The notes below the pieces were generated by a model. It had not been told where the DNA came from. It searched no databases and saw nothing but the letters and a program-made list of their open reading frames with translations. A DNA stretch of 64,000 nt from an uncultured Verrucomicrobiota bacterium (GTDB lineage Bacteria; Verrucomicrobiota; Verrucomicrobiia; Limisphaerales; CAZZJO01): contig CAZZJO010000034.1 of the NCBI GenBank assembly GCA_964654645.1, forward strand, positions 42,086 to 106,085. The letters are read 5' to 3'. Position numbers and translations under genes: made by a program. Shown one piece after another: positions 47,187 through 56,672 of the stretch (the stretch's first letter is position 1; the number at the start of each line of letters is the position of its first letter).

Positions 47187-48440
47187 GTGATGAAATACCG
47201 CGATTTTTTCCGGGAAAGTGCATGGGTGATGGCCTCCACTGTCATTGGTGGTTCGATGATGTGGGGTGTGCATTTTTTATCCAAGAAGATTCCGGAAGCA
47301 GATTATGCAGGATTTGTGACGCTGAACGCAGTATTGACCCTTGTACCCGCGATACCGTTGCAAATGGTGTTTGCGCGATGGACGGCTAAAGCGCTTGCTT
47401 TAAATAGGCCGGGGCAAGTTGCTTCGTTGTTGCGGATTGGATTGATTGGATTGTTTCTTGCGTGGTTACCAATTGGAGTATCCAGTGTCGTTTTCGGGTC
47501 GCATATTAAGTGGATTTTGAGGCTCGATGACTGGGTATCCGTTGTTTTAACTGCGATCTCTGTACTCACTGCTTTATTTTATCCTTTGGTTTTGGGGGTT
47601 TTGCAAGGAAGCCAGCGGTTTTTGTGGTTCGGATTAGGGCAAATAGTTGCGGGAGCTGGCCGGTTTTCAATCGCACTTTTATTGGTGTTGACTGTTTTCT
47701 CTTCCTTGCGCGGGATTATGATTGGGGTTTTAGTAGGATACCTATTAGCGTTGATCGTAACTGGTTGGGGAGCCAAAGACTACTTTTGTATGCGAGGGCA
47801 GCATGTAAATTGGAGAAAGTTTGCAAGTGAAACCTTGCCTATTGTTTTTGCGTTCGCTGGGTTTCAGTTTTTATTTTCGGCCGATGTGATTTTTTTGAAG
47901 GCAAAGGCAGACCCTACGGAAATGGCTTATTATAGTGCGGCGGGTGTATTGGCGCGTGGATTGGTATGGTTTGTTGGGCCCATGGCAGCCGTAATGTTTC
48001 CTAAAGTTGTGCACTTTACCGTTAAATCGGAGAAAACACGATTGTTGGAGGTCACCCTGGCACTGACTTTTTCACTTGCAGCTGTTGGCGCAGTAGTATT
48101 GTACACGGTAGGTCAGTTTGTCGTGGCCTTAGTGTACAAGAGCAGTTATTGTGAGAGGACTTTAGCGCTGTTGCCAATGTATCTGATTGGTATGACGATT
48201 TTGTCTCTTGTGAATGTACTTGTTAACAATCTAGTAGCTTCCGGTAGATACGCATTTGTAGTGCCGTTATTGGGTTTGTGTGGGGTGTACGCCTATTTGT
48301 TGGATATAGTAGGCAATAGAATGGAACAGGTCCTGAAAATCCTAATCGGCGTCGGCTTGGTTGCGTTGTTGATTTGTGGGTCGTTTACATGGTTAGACAA
48401 AGGCCGGAGGAGAACCAATGTTAATCCTGCCTTGGCTTAA
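47187..48440 (+). CDS. Polysaccharide/oligosaccharide flippase (MOP/Wzx-like, ~12 TM)
   Basis: Highly hydrophobic 417-aa protein with a Wzx-like N-terminus (FFRESAWVMASTVIGGSMMW) and many predicted TM helices. A GT2 gene is adjacent. Confidence 0.6.
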   Translation: MMKYRDFFRESAWVMASTVIGGSMMWGVHFLSKKIPEADYAGFVTLNAVLTLVPAIPLQMVFARWTAKALALNRPGQVASLLRIGLIGLFLAWLPIGVSSVVFGSHIKWILRLDDWVSVVLTAISVLTALFYPLVLGVLQGSQRFLWFGLGQIVAGAGRFSIALLLVLTVFSSLRGIMIGVLVGYLLALIVTGWGAKDYFCMRGQHVNWRKFASETLPIVFAFAGFQFLFSADVIFLKAKADPTEMAYYSAAGVLARGLVWFVGPMAAVMFPKVVHFTVKSEKTRLLEVTLALTFSLAAVGAVVLYTVGQFVVALVYKSSYCERTLALLPMYLIGMTILSLVNVLVNNLVASGRYAFVVPLLGLCGVYAYLLDIVGNRMEQVLKILIGVGLVALLICGSFTWLDKGRRRTNVNPALA

Positions 48441-48483
48441 AACGCGGCTGTCAAAAGAGTGGCTTTCTTGTAAGGATGAGGCT

Positions 48484-49314
48484 TTAAGTTTTGTCCGCCG
48501 ACCTGTCTTCAGGGTTACTAGGCAGAGGTTGGGGAGAGCGGAGCTTTTTATACAACCACTTTTCGATTGGTCTAAGTGGCCTTAAGTACTTGTAAAACGG
48601 TGAGTAGACTAGGCGAAGCCTTATGACAGACAACAACATGCTGAGTGCTGTTCGAAGCAGCACAACTTTTGATCCAGCAATATCGGTCCACTCAGTGGGA
48701 ACCTCTGCAATTTTGTAACCAGCCCTTTTTAATGAATAGAGTAAGTTGATATCAAAAGCCATGTCTGCGATGCACAAGAAAGGCAAGATTTTCTTGACTG
48801 CCTCGTACTTGATAACCTTCGCCCCGCATTGTGTGTCTTTGATCCCGAGTCGGAATAGGAGTTCGACTATAATGTGGAATACACGACTAGCAATTCTGCG
48901 TTTTATGCTTTGCTGTTGATGCAAGATTGCGCCCTTAATCCAACGCGATGCTACGACACAGTCATGGGTTGGTAAATGTTTAACTAAATCGTGGAATGCG
49001 TGAGGTGGGGTTGCGCCGTCTGCGTCTACGAACCCTATCACACTACATTTGGGGGCTTGTTTGAGCCCTTCGATGATAGCCCCGCCTTTTCCAATGGGAT
49101 CGGGAATATCTATGTAGCTTATTTCAGGGTACTGCTGTGCAATGTCCCGAACCACGCCAAGCGTGTTGTCTCTACAGCCATTTAAAACAACGAGTATTTG
49201 AAACTTGCCGGAATAGTTTTCGCGGAAATACGTAGCGTACTGCCGTAGGACTGGGCCGATGCGCTTTTCTTCATTGTAAGCAGGTATCAGCAATGTGAGA
49301 TCGGGCTCAGTCAC
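48484..49314 (-). CDS. Family-2 glycosyltransferase (polyprenyl-phosphate glycosyltransferase-like)
   Basis: LTLLIPAYNEEKRI, VVLNGCRDNT, FVDADGATPP (DxD), QCGAKV. Two C-terminal TM-like helices. Confidence 0.8.
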   Translation of the reverse strand: MTEPDLTLLIPAYNEEKRIGPVLRQYATYFRENYSGKFQILVVLNGCRDNTLGVVRDIAQQYPEISYIDIPDPIGKGGAIIEGLKQAPKCSVIGFVDADGATPPHAFHDLVKHLPTHDCVVASRWIKGAILHQQQSIKRRIASRVFHIIVELLFRLGIKDTQCGAKVIKYEAVKKILPFLCIADMAFDINLLYSLKRAGYKIAEVPTEWTDIAGSKVVLLRTALSMLLSVIRLRLVYSPFYKYLRPLRPIEKWLYKKLRSPQPLPSNPEDRSADKT

Positions 49315-49779
49315 GCTTTTACCAACTATCTTAGAATTTATTTTGATGCAATTTTATTCGGTCAGGTGCTGTTCTGAGAACAGTAACGTAGCTGCCGCGT
49401 TCATGAGAGGGCGGATAACTAAATTCAGAGGTAAAGGTTGGGTTTATGATTAATCTCTGATGAGAGAGGGGTGCTGGTTGTGGTTGAAGGGCATTGGGGT
49501 GGTGGGATAGAGAGAATATATCTAACGCTGAGCCTTGAGCTAGTTATCTGGTTGATTTCAGCTGCTTTGAGTGGGAGGACGAGGGTCTGTCCTGAACTCT
49601 AGGGCCCGCTGCATTACTGGGATGGCAAAAATAGAAATTTGGTTTTTGGGGTCTGCGCCCCTACGGGGGCGGTTACCCCTGACGCACAAACTCAGCTCTT
49701 AGCAAGTGCTCATGCCATTGTCGTATCCGATACGATTTGGGTGGGGGATAAGTTAGGTCAATGGCCTATTTGGAGGGGT

Positions 49780-51231
49780 TTATGGGGTGTGAGTGGAAGA
49801 GGTGGGAGGTGGTTGAATGTCTCGGATGCGTGCCATGGCCCATTGTAAAGCTTCCTCACGGGTTTTGAGTTCGTCTTGAAGTTGTTTTTCACGGATTTCC
49901 GAAAGCAATTGCCCTAATTTAGGGCCGGGTTGCATACCTAGCTTAATGAGGTCATCGCCCGTAAGTAGTGGGGGTATGATTTCCGGCCGATGAAGTAGCT
50001 CGCTCAGCTCGCGTTTTAAGAATTCATAGATAGACAAATCTCGGTGTGATCCTAGGCAATCGAGTCGATGTAATTCCAGCTCTAAGGGGAATGTTTCACG
50101 CATAATCATCCGTCTGAGGGTGGACTTACGCATGTTCGGGACGTCTTTGAATTGCATGTGATACCGGACCACATGTACGACGGTTTTGATTTGCTTATTT
50201 GGGAAGCGCAGTCGGGTAAGTATTTGGTGAGCGAGGGCAGCTCCTACTTTGTCGTGCTCATAGAAAGTAGTTTCCCCTGAGACAGGGTTGACTCGGCGGG
50301 TGATGGGTTTGCCGACGTCGTGCAATAGGACGCACCAAGGTAGCAATGGGTCAGCGTCGGGAGGAACTTCTTGGAGCATAAGCAGGATGTGTTTATAAAC
50401 AGTGTCTTCGGGGTGAAATCTTGAGTTTTGGCTACAATCAATGGTAGCAGCTACCTCGGGCAGGATCTCTTTGAGCAATGTGGATGCACGTAGCAATTCC
50501 AAGGCGCGGTACAAGGCTTTTGGGCGGGATTGAAGGGCGTCGACATTATCTGTTAACCACTCTTCTGGATATGGTTGTTCCACAGTTTGGAAGGCAGGGT
50601 TAAACATCCGCTCTAGTTCGTCTCGAATGCGTTCAATGCTGATGGAATGTATAGTGTGGGCATTTTTTATGATCGCGTTGAAGGTAGCTGCATCGATCCG
50701 GAAGCCCAGTTGGATGGCGAATCGCACTGCACGTAGCATACGGAGGTGGTCTTCGGCAAACCTTTCATTTGGGTCCCCAATGGTCCGAAGGATTTTCTGC
50801 TTAATATCTTCCAGTCCACCCACCCAATCTAGGAATTTTTGTTCGATGGGATCAAAAAATAGACCGTTGCAAGTGAAATCGCGGCGTTTTGCATCGTCTT
50901 CGGGAGTGCTGTATGTGACAGCCGATGGATGTCGTCCGTCTTCGTAACCGGTCTCACTACGGAAGGTTGCGACTTGGAATTGATATCCATTTTCAATGAC
51001 TATCATGACGCCGAATTTGCGTCCGACTTCCAGGGTGTTAGGAAACAATTGGGCGATGGTTTCGGGGACGGCTGAGGTGGCAATGTCGTAATCATGAGGT
51101 TCACGTCCCATGAGCAGGTCTCGAACACAGCCACCAACAAGGTATGCAGTGTACCCGTTATTTCTGAGCTTTTGGACTATACCGAGCGCAGTATTGAACA
51201 GGGTCTTGTTTTTGATAAAGGGGAAATCCAT
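49780..51231 (-). CDS. cca: CCA-adding tRNA nucleotidyltransferase with an HD domain
   Basis: YLVGGCVRDLLMGREPHDYDIAT, RRDFTCNGLF, and C-terminal HD region LLHDVGKP...YEHDKVGA. Confidence 0.85.
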   Translation of the reverse strand: MDFPFIKNKTLFNTALGIVQKLRNNGYTAYLVGGCVRDLLMGREPHDYDIATSAVPETIAQLFPNTLEVGRKFGVMIVIENGYQFQVATFRSETGYEDGRHPSAVTYSTPEDDAKRRDFTCNGLFFDPIEQKFLDWVGGLEDIKQKILRTIGDPNERFAEDHLRMLRAVRFAIQLGFRIDAATFNAIIKNAHTIHSISIERIRDELERMFNPAFQTVEQPYPEEWLTDNVDALQSRPKALYRALELLRASTLLKEILPEVAATIDCSQNSRFHPEDTVYKHILLMLQEVPPDADPLLPWCVLLHDVGKPITRRVNPVSGETTFYEHDKVGAALAHQILTRLRFPNKQIKTVVHVVRYHMQFKDVPNMRKSTLRRMIMRETFPLELELHRLDCLGSHRDLSIYEFLKRELSELLHRPEIIPPLLTGDDLIKLGMQPGPKLGQLLSEIREKQLQDELKTREEALQWAMARIRDIQPPPTSSTHTP

Positions 51232-51241
51232 AGGTGGCTTG

Positions 51242-52156
51242 TTATTCGGGGCCCCATATCTTTTTGAGCAAATTGTATGCGGCGGTGATTTGTTCGGCTG
51301 GGACGTTCGGTGCTAGTTCAAGCACTTTGATATGTTGAGGTTTTACAAATTCCGCAATCATTTCAAAATCAACCTCTCCTGTGCCCGGAGCCTGGTGATC
51401 ACTTAGCTGATTAATTACATCGTGCACATGTAACCCGCCCATGTAAACGCTCATTTGCTGGAGCCAAGTGCGGTGATTAATAAATCCAAGATTGTGCTTT
51501 ATTTGGGCGTGGCCGACATCGTGCCAGTAACAAACAACGTCAAGCCCAAGTTTTTCCAAAAGTTGTTTGAAGTCCAATTCTATTGGAAGTTCTTCGAGTT
51601 TGTCCCGGATTTCGATACCAAGCTTAATGTCGAATTCGCGGGCTTTTTCCAGGATGGGTTTTAGACTTTCCAACACTAATTCCATGTACAGTGGTGCTTT
51701 GGCGCGGCGGACGCGCCATGCCCGAAGGGCTAGGCTGGCAAAGGCGGTAATTCTACTAGACCTGCGAGGCAATAGACGGCGTAACTTAGAAGTGAAATCG
51801 CAGATTGGGAGCGATCCCAAGTGCAGAACCACAAATTTTGCCCCGACTTTTGCGGCAAATTCTATCGTGGAAATGGTGTTTTTTATAGCAGCCCGGCGTT
51901 TGTATGCGCGGACATCGGAGAACTCGAACACATTAGGGGAAGGGGCTTCGATGCCTAGGGGCAACGGACAAAAATTATGGACAGACGAAATTTTTATTTC
52001 TCTGGCATTGACGGCTTCGTAAATACCGGGCAGCTGACTTATTCGGGTCCCGTGGCTAAGTTCTGCGTATTCAAATCCCAGCTGGCGCACCTCCAATAAC
52101 ATTGTGCGCCCGTCCTGGTGCCGTTCTGTATTCCAACAGGTTGAAAAGGAATACAT
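51242..52156 (-). CDS. Sugar phosphate isomerase/epimerase (xylose-isomerase-like TIM barrel)
   Basis: FEYAELSH, VVLHLG, LGIEIRD, YWHDVGHAQ and LHVHD, a metal-binding pattern typical of the AP_endonuc_2 fold. Confidence 0.7.
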   Translation of the reverse strand: MYSFSTCWNTERHQDGRTMLLEVRQLGFEYAELSHGTRISQLPGIYEAVNAREIKISSVHNFCPLPLGIEAPSPNVFEFSDVRAYKRRAAIKNTISTIEFAAKVGAKFVVLHLGSLPICDFTSKLRRLLPRRSSRITAFASLALRAWRVRRAKAPLYMELVLESLKPILEKAREFDIKLGIEIRDKLEELPIELDFKQLLEKLGLDVVCYWHDVGHAQIKHNLGFINHRTWLQQMSVYMGGLHVHDVINQLSDHQAPGTGEVDFEMIAEFVKPQHIKVLELAPNVPAEQITAAYNLLKKIWGPE

Positions 52157-52214
52157 TTATTAATGTGGAACTGGATGGACCATTATTCCGTCCCATCCAG
52201 TCGGAAGGCCATTC

Positions 52215-52469
52215 TTACATTTCTTCCGCGTATTTGGTTTGTAGCTCGGCCAGGTAACGGGCAAGTTTTTCTTTCCTGCGACGCTTTTCGCTAGGTTTTT
52301 CGTAGTACATCCGCTCTTTCACAGCGCGCAATATCCCTTCCCGGTCAAGCTTCTTTTTGAAGCGCCGCAGCGCACGATCTAATGGTTCACCTTTTTTGAG
52401 TCTTACTTCTGTCACGCTTGTTTTCACCCCTTTCTGGTTTAAAAGCGCCGTTGAAGATACACAACCCAA
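52215..52469 (-). CDS. rpsU: 30S ribosomal protein S21 (the N-terminus is probably shorter than the track ORF)
   Basis: VRLKKGEPLDRALRRFKKKLDREGILRAVKERMYYEKPSEKRRRKE is a canonical S21 sequence. Confidence 0.85.
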   Translation of the reverse strand: MGCVSSTALLNQKGVKTSVTEVRLKKGEPLDRALRRFKKKLDREGILRAVKERMYYEKPSEKRRRKEKLARYLAELQTKYAEEM

Positions 52470-52551
52470 TTAGATTGTCAACATCGCTTCTTTAAGAAAG
52501 TGGAGAGTTCTAGCTCGAGATTATGGAGTCCCGTGATAGGATATTGCTTGT

Positions 52552-53259
52552 ATGGATATATCTGGACTTCGACGAGAATACACCCTAGGGGCATTGGACC
52601 GTGAGAGCTTGGCTCCCGATCCAATCGCTCAGTTCGAACAGTGGTTTAAAGAAGCTTCGTGCCAACGCCCAGGGGCTCGGCTCCGGCGGATTGGTGTCGC
52701 TCTTTACAAACTCTGGGATGCTATTTTAGGGAAGCCTCCAATTGACGTAAACGCAATGGTTCTCGCTACTTGTGATGCACAAGGTAATCCATCTGCGCGC
52801 ACGGTACTTCTAAAAGAGGTTAGTGCCCGCGGATTTGTGTTTTACACTAATTACGAAAGTAGAAAAGGCCAAGACATAGAACAAAATCCGAAGGGGTGCC
52901 TAGTTTTTTATTGGCCCGAGCTTGAGCGGCAGGTATGCGTGACCGGAACAATTTTCAAGTTACCGGTGGAAGAATCGGCCGCATATTTTGCTACTCGACC
53001 TCGTGGTAGCCAGATTGCAGCTTGGGCGTCTCCGCAAAGCAGGCCGATCTCTTCACGTAAGGAACTTGAGTGCAGGTGGTCCCGGTTCGAGGAACAATTC
53101 AGAGGCAAACAAGTGCCGTTACCACCTCACTGGGGTGGGTATGTGTTAGTACCTGAAATGATTGAGTTTTGGCAGGGGCGGCCAAACCGCCTGCACGATA
53201 GGTTCAGATATGTTAAACGCCCAGATGGGGCTTGGAAAATTTTACAAATAGCCCCGTAG
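52552..53259 (+). CDS. pdxH: Pyridoxamine/pyridoxine 5'-phosphate oxidase
   Basis: RTVLLKEVSARGFVFYTNYESRKG, QVCVTG, YFATRPRGSQIAAWASPQS, WGGYVLVPEMIEFWQGRPNRLHDR. Confidence 0.88.
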   Translation: MDISGLRREYTLGALDRESLAPDPIAQFEQWFKEASCQRPGARLRRIGVALYKLWDAILGKPPIDVNAMVLATCDAQGNPSARTVLLKEVSARGFVFYTNYESRKGQDIEQNPKGCLVFYWPELERQVCVTGTIFKLPVEESAAYFATRPRGSQIAAWASPQSRPISSRKELECRWSRFEEQFRGKQVPLPPHWGGYVLVPEMIEFWQGRPNRLHDRFRYVKRPDGAWKILQIAP

Positions 53260-53417
53260 CACAGGTTGGCCATTAAATTTGCACGTACTATGGGTCTATG
53301 GGGTCTATTGGCTTTGGTGCAATTTGCTATCAGGACACAATAGTGTGTAAAGATTGGGGTGCAAAAGCGGTGGAGTTTGGGCTTTGAAGTTTTTGCAGTC
53401 AGAATTATAAAAAAAGT

Positions 53418-54041
53418 ATGTTACCAACGTTATTGCAACATGGCGGTGCGCCGATGTGGGTGCTGCTTATCCTTTCGGCGGTGGCGTTCGGGATCTTTGT
53501 AGAGCGACTCCTTTATTACCACCGTATTCAGATCAACATAAACGAGTTTCTCAATGGGATTAGAACAGTGCTGAAACGTGAGAATGTGGTTGAGGCTATT
53601 TCCATCTGTGATGCTACACCCGGACCAGTACCAAGAATAGTTAAGACGGCAATTTTAATGAAGGATCAACCACGTGAACGGATCCGAGAAGCAATTCAGG
53701 CCGCCACTCTAACTGAACTTCCGAGGCTTCACCGGCGAATTCCAGGATTAGCCACAATTGCGCAGATAGGCCCGCTAATGGGGTTGCTCGGGACCATACT
53801 GGGATTTATGGAAGTGTTTGCTCGACTCGAACAAGCGGGGCTGTACGCAAGCATAAATCAATTGTCAGGTGGGGTTTGGCAGGCTCTGACATGCATGGCG
53901 TTTGGATTAGGTTTAGGCATTATTGCATATGCAGCTTATAACCACCTGGTTGCGCGAATAAACATAATAATGTTGGATATGGAACGCGCAGGGATCGAAA
54001 TTTTGAACATAATGACCGAAACCATATCTTCGCGACAATGA
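53418..54041 (+). CDS. MotA/TolQ/ExbB-family proton channel protein
   Basis: Three TM helices and the conserved LATIAQIGPLMGLLGTILG segment. Followed by an ExbD/TolR-like gene with a 4-nt overlap. Confidence 0.8.
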   Translation: MLPTLLQHGGAPMWVLLILSAVAFGIFVERLLYYHRIQININEFLNGIRTVLKRENVVEAISICDATPGPVPRIVKTAILMKDQPRERIREAIQAATLTELPRLHRRIPGLATIAQIGPLMGLLGTILGFMEVFARLEQAGLYASINQLSGGVWQALTCMAFGLGLGIIAYAAYNHLVARINIIMLDMERAGIEILNIMTETISSRQ

Positions 54042-54463
54042 CTCGTGTGCCACGACAATTGACACTGTTTGCGGGACAGTTTGATGCCATCCCTTATATG
54101 GGTGTTTTGTTCCTTTTGCTCATGTTTTTACTTTTGGCGGGGCTTGTTTACACCCCTGGTGTATTAATTCAGTTGCCGCAGGCTGAAGGGTTACCTGGAG
54201 TATCTGATCCAGTAGTTGCTGTAGCTATTGACCACACGGGCAAGCTTTTTTATGAAAATCAGATCGTTTCACCAAGTGCTTTGAAGTCTGAATTGCACCA
54301 GCAGGTTTTAAGGCACCAAGGCAAACTGGTCCTCGTCATACGCGCAGATAAGGATGTGCCCTATGAAAAGCTCGTTTCGCTTGCCTTGTTGGCACGGGAG
54401 ACTGGGATAAAAGAAGTGTTATTGGCTACCATACCCGTTGCAGTGAGGGTTAGGGAAAAATGA
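54038..54463 (+). CDS. ExbD/TolR-family biopolymer transport protein
   Basis: Single N-terminal TM helix, a periplasmic domain with VLVIRADKDVPYEKLVSLALLARETG, size of 141 aa, and operon position. Confidence 0.8.
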   Translation: MTRVPRQLTLFAGQFDAIPYMGVLFLLLMFLLLAGLVYTPGVLIQLPQAEGLPGVSDPVVAVAIDHTGKLFYENQIVSPSALKSELHQQVLRHQGKLVLVIRADKDVPYEKLVSLALLARETGIKEVLLATIPVAVRVREK

Positions 54464-55299
54464 GGTTTAGACGCTATACGTCAATACTTTCTACAGCGGA
54501 AGTTAACTCTGGTACGTCGGATGATCTGAGAATTTGTTTGCCTCTAGCTATCGCAGTAATTTTTGTACTCCAATTGGGTCTGTTATTCCTTGTGAACCGA
54601 GGGTCGCCAGTTAAAACGGTCGCGGCAAATAGCCAGACAGCGCTGGAGACCCGCTTTGTCATTTTGGCTCCGACACAAGAACCACTTCTTCTGGAGCTAT
54701 TGGATCCAACCCTATTTTTGTTGCCGAACCCCCGAGCTTTTTCAGGCAGGGTTTGGGAATTAGACCCGCCCGTGACCGAGGAACCACAAATTATGAAACC
54801 TGAGCCGATGTTTTTATCCATGTACCCAATCGATTTGCTCAAAATAGCACACAGAATTGCCAGTATTAAGGTCACTCCAAATTTTGAATTCGCTCGAAAG
54901 CACGAGGTTGAAGAAGTGATTGACTTGCAAAGCATTTCAACTCCGGTGGTGTCAGGGACGCGGGTTGAAGTCCGAGGAGAGTTACAGGGGCGCAAGATAA
55001 TTACTATGCCAAAAGAAGGAAATCTTGAAGACCGAGCCCCCCTGCCTGCACCACCTACTGTGGTTACCGTTGGGGTAGACAACGATGGGCTCCCAATTAG
55101 CGTTATTATCGAAACTTCAAGTGGGCTACCACCATTGGATGGACTTGCCCTTAAAATTGTGTCTGCAATGAGATGGGAACCTCTATTGGGTTCGGGAAAC
55201 GGTATTCGGTATACTGGAGTTCAATGGGGTAAGGTTGCGTTCTACTGGGGCACGCGATTACAGTTGGTGTTGGCCGGTAATACAGGAAACTATGAATGA
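54460..55299 (+). CDS. TonB/TolA-like energy-transducer candidate
   Basis: N-terminal TM anchor and a C-terminal ~80-aa region (GLPISVIIETSSGLPPLDGLALKIVSAMRWEP) resembling a TonB C-terminal domain. Overlaps exbD-like by 4 nt. A Pro-rich linker is weak or absent. Confidence 0.5.
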   Translation: MRFRRYTSILSTAEVNSGTSDDLRICLPLAIAVIFVLQLGLLFLVNRGSPVKTVAANSQTALETRFVILAPTQEPLLLELLDPTLFLLPNPRAFSGRVWELDPPVTEEPQIMKPEPMFLSMYPIDLLKIAHRIASIKVTPNFEFARKHEVEEVIDLQSISTPVVSGTRVEVRGELQGRKIITMPKEGNLEDRAPLPAPPTVVTVGVDNDGLPISVIIETSSGLPPLDGLALKIVSAMRWEPLLGSGNGIRYTGVQWGKVAFYWGTRLQLVLAGNTGNYE

Positions 55300-55516
55300 C
55301 GCCGCTGTCATACTTGGTTACACAGTTTTGGGTTTATTACTTGTAGCACTTGCCGCTTGGCAAAACGATCGTGTGACCACTAGGTTCCATGAACAAACCA
55401 GCCGAGACAAGGTATTTAGGTGTTCTCGATGTGGGTTTGTTTATACAGACGATGAAGACGTAAGTCGAGCGGCTTGCCCACAGTGCCGGCAATTCAATAG
55501 TCCGATCGAGTTTTGA
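55292..55516 (+). CDS. Small (74 aa) membrane protein with a C-terminal zinc-ribbon
   Basis: The ATG at 55292 overlaps the end of the tonB-like gene by 8 nt. TM helix AAVILGYTVLGLLLVALAAW, then CSRCGFVY...CPQCRQF. Its stop overlaps the next gene. Confidence 0.5.
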   Translation: MNDAAVILGYTVLGLLLVALAAWQNDRVTTRFHEQTSRDKVFRCSRCGFVYTDDEDVSRAACPQCRQFNSPIEF

Positions 55517-55521
55517 TTTGT

Positions 55522-56361
55522 ATGACCATTGTTACCCTTGGACATTCGCCAGACGCTGACGATGCATTTATGTTTTATGGCTTGACCTCTGGGAAAATCG
55601 CAAATCCCGAGATCACTTTTCGTCACGTCATCCAAGATATCCAATCGCTGAACCAACGTGCATTAGAGGGTGAGTTCGATGTAACGGCGGTAAGTTTTCA
55701 TGCGTATCCATACTTGGTAGACAATTACGTGTTATTGCCCTGTGGGGCTAGCATGGGGGACAATTATGGGCCTGTTCTAATTGCAAGGGAACAGCTAGCA
55801 CGTGAAGATATTGTACATGCCCGGATTGCTATACCAGGTACATTGACAAGTGCTTTTCTAGCATTAATGCTTTGGCTAGAACGCCCTGCATGTGAACTCA
55901 ATTATATTGTCGTTCCATTTGATCAAATTGTTGGAAAAGTTATACGAGGTGAGTCAGAGGCAGGCTTGCTAATTCACGAAGCCCAGTTGACTTATCAGGA
56001 TTGTGGGTTGAAATGCATAGTCGACCTAGGCACGTGGTGGAAGCAGGAGACTGGTTTGCCTTTGCCTTTAGGCGGAAATGTAATACATCGGCGGATACCA
56101 AAAAATAAGAGAACGATTATAGCTGGACTTATTCGCGAAAGTATTCAATATGCAATGCGGAACCGCACCGAAGCTATAGCGTATGCCATGAACTTTGCCC
56201 GCGGAACACCGCTAGAGCTTGCTATAAAGTTCATTGGAATGTATGTGAACAACTTTACAGTTGACTTGGGGAATATCGGCCGCCAGGCTTTGGAGGTGTT
56301 TTTTGACCGTGCATATTATGCGGGATTGATCCCTTTACTTCCTTCCATTGAGTTTGATTAA
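55522..56361 (+). CDS. MqnA/MqnD-family (futalosine-pathway menaquinone biosynthesis) protein, likely 1,4-dihydroxy-6-naphthoate synthase
   Basis: N-terminus MTIVTLGHSPDADDAFMFYGL and LNQRALEGEFDVTAVSFHAY, ARIAIPGTLTSAFLAL resemble MqnD (GHSPCPNDTF...). The track start is TTG at 55513. Confidence 0.6.
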   Translation: MTIVTLGHSPDADDAFMFYGLTSGKIANPEITFRHVIQDIQSLNQRALEGEFDVTAVSFHAYPYLVDNYVLLPCGASMGDNYGPVLIAREQLAREDIVHARIAIPGTLTSAFLALMLWLERPACELNYIVVPFDQIVGKVIRGESEAGLLIHEAQLTYQDCGLKCIVDLGTWWKQETGLPLPLGGNVIHRRIPKNKRTIIAGLIRESIQYAMRNRTEAIAYAMNFARGTPLELAIKFIGMYVNNFTVDLGNIGRQALEVFFDRAYYAGLIPLLPSIEFD

Positions 56362-56672
56362 TTACCCGCCGGTGATAAAGTTTTACCTTCTAATTTTGAG
56401 AAAGCAAAAGCTACCCGTCACGCGTTGAAGGTCAAATACCGTAAAAGCTTTGAACGTCTGAGAATCGTGAACTCGGGACTTTTAAATATACATTTTCCAC
56501 GCACACCCTGTCTAAGAAAACAAAGAATGAGATTCCTGCTAGTGGATTAGCGTGTTAGAGGTAGGGGGGCGCGACGGCCTTGTAATTCTGGTGTTATGTA
56601 AGTCACGGATTAATTGATGAATTAACGTCGTGCGGACGTGTGCAGGGTTAGAAATAAAATGGGATCTCCAGA

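Noticed and set aside
49648-49679. A GC-rich compound hairpin (GGGG...CGCCCC-tacg-GGGGCG...CCCC) about 100 nt downstream of cca, considered as a terminator.
   Set aside because: No U-run follows it in either orientation; T's precede it on the plus strand and A's follow it on the minus strand. It is not a canonical intrinsic terminator and its function is unknown.
52370-52390. An apparent frame problem in rpsU when I hand-translated across 52380/52381. I counted one nucleotide too many.
   Set aside because: The computed ORF track shows an intact 84-aa S21 ORF, and the flanking coordinates check out. I attribute the discrepancy to my own reading error, not to a real frameshift.
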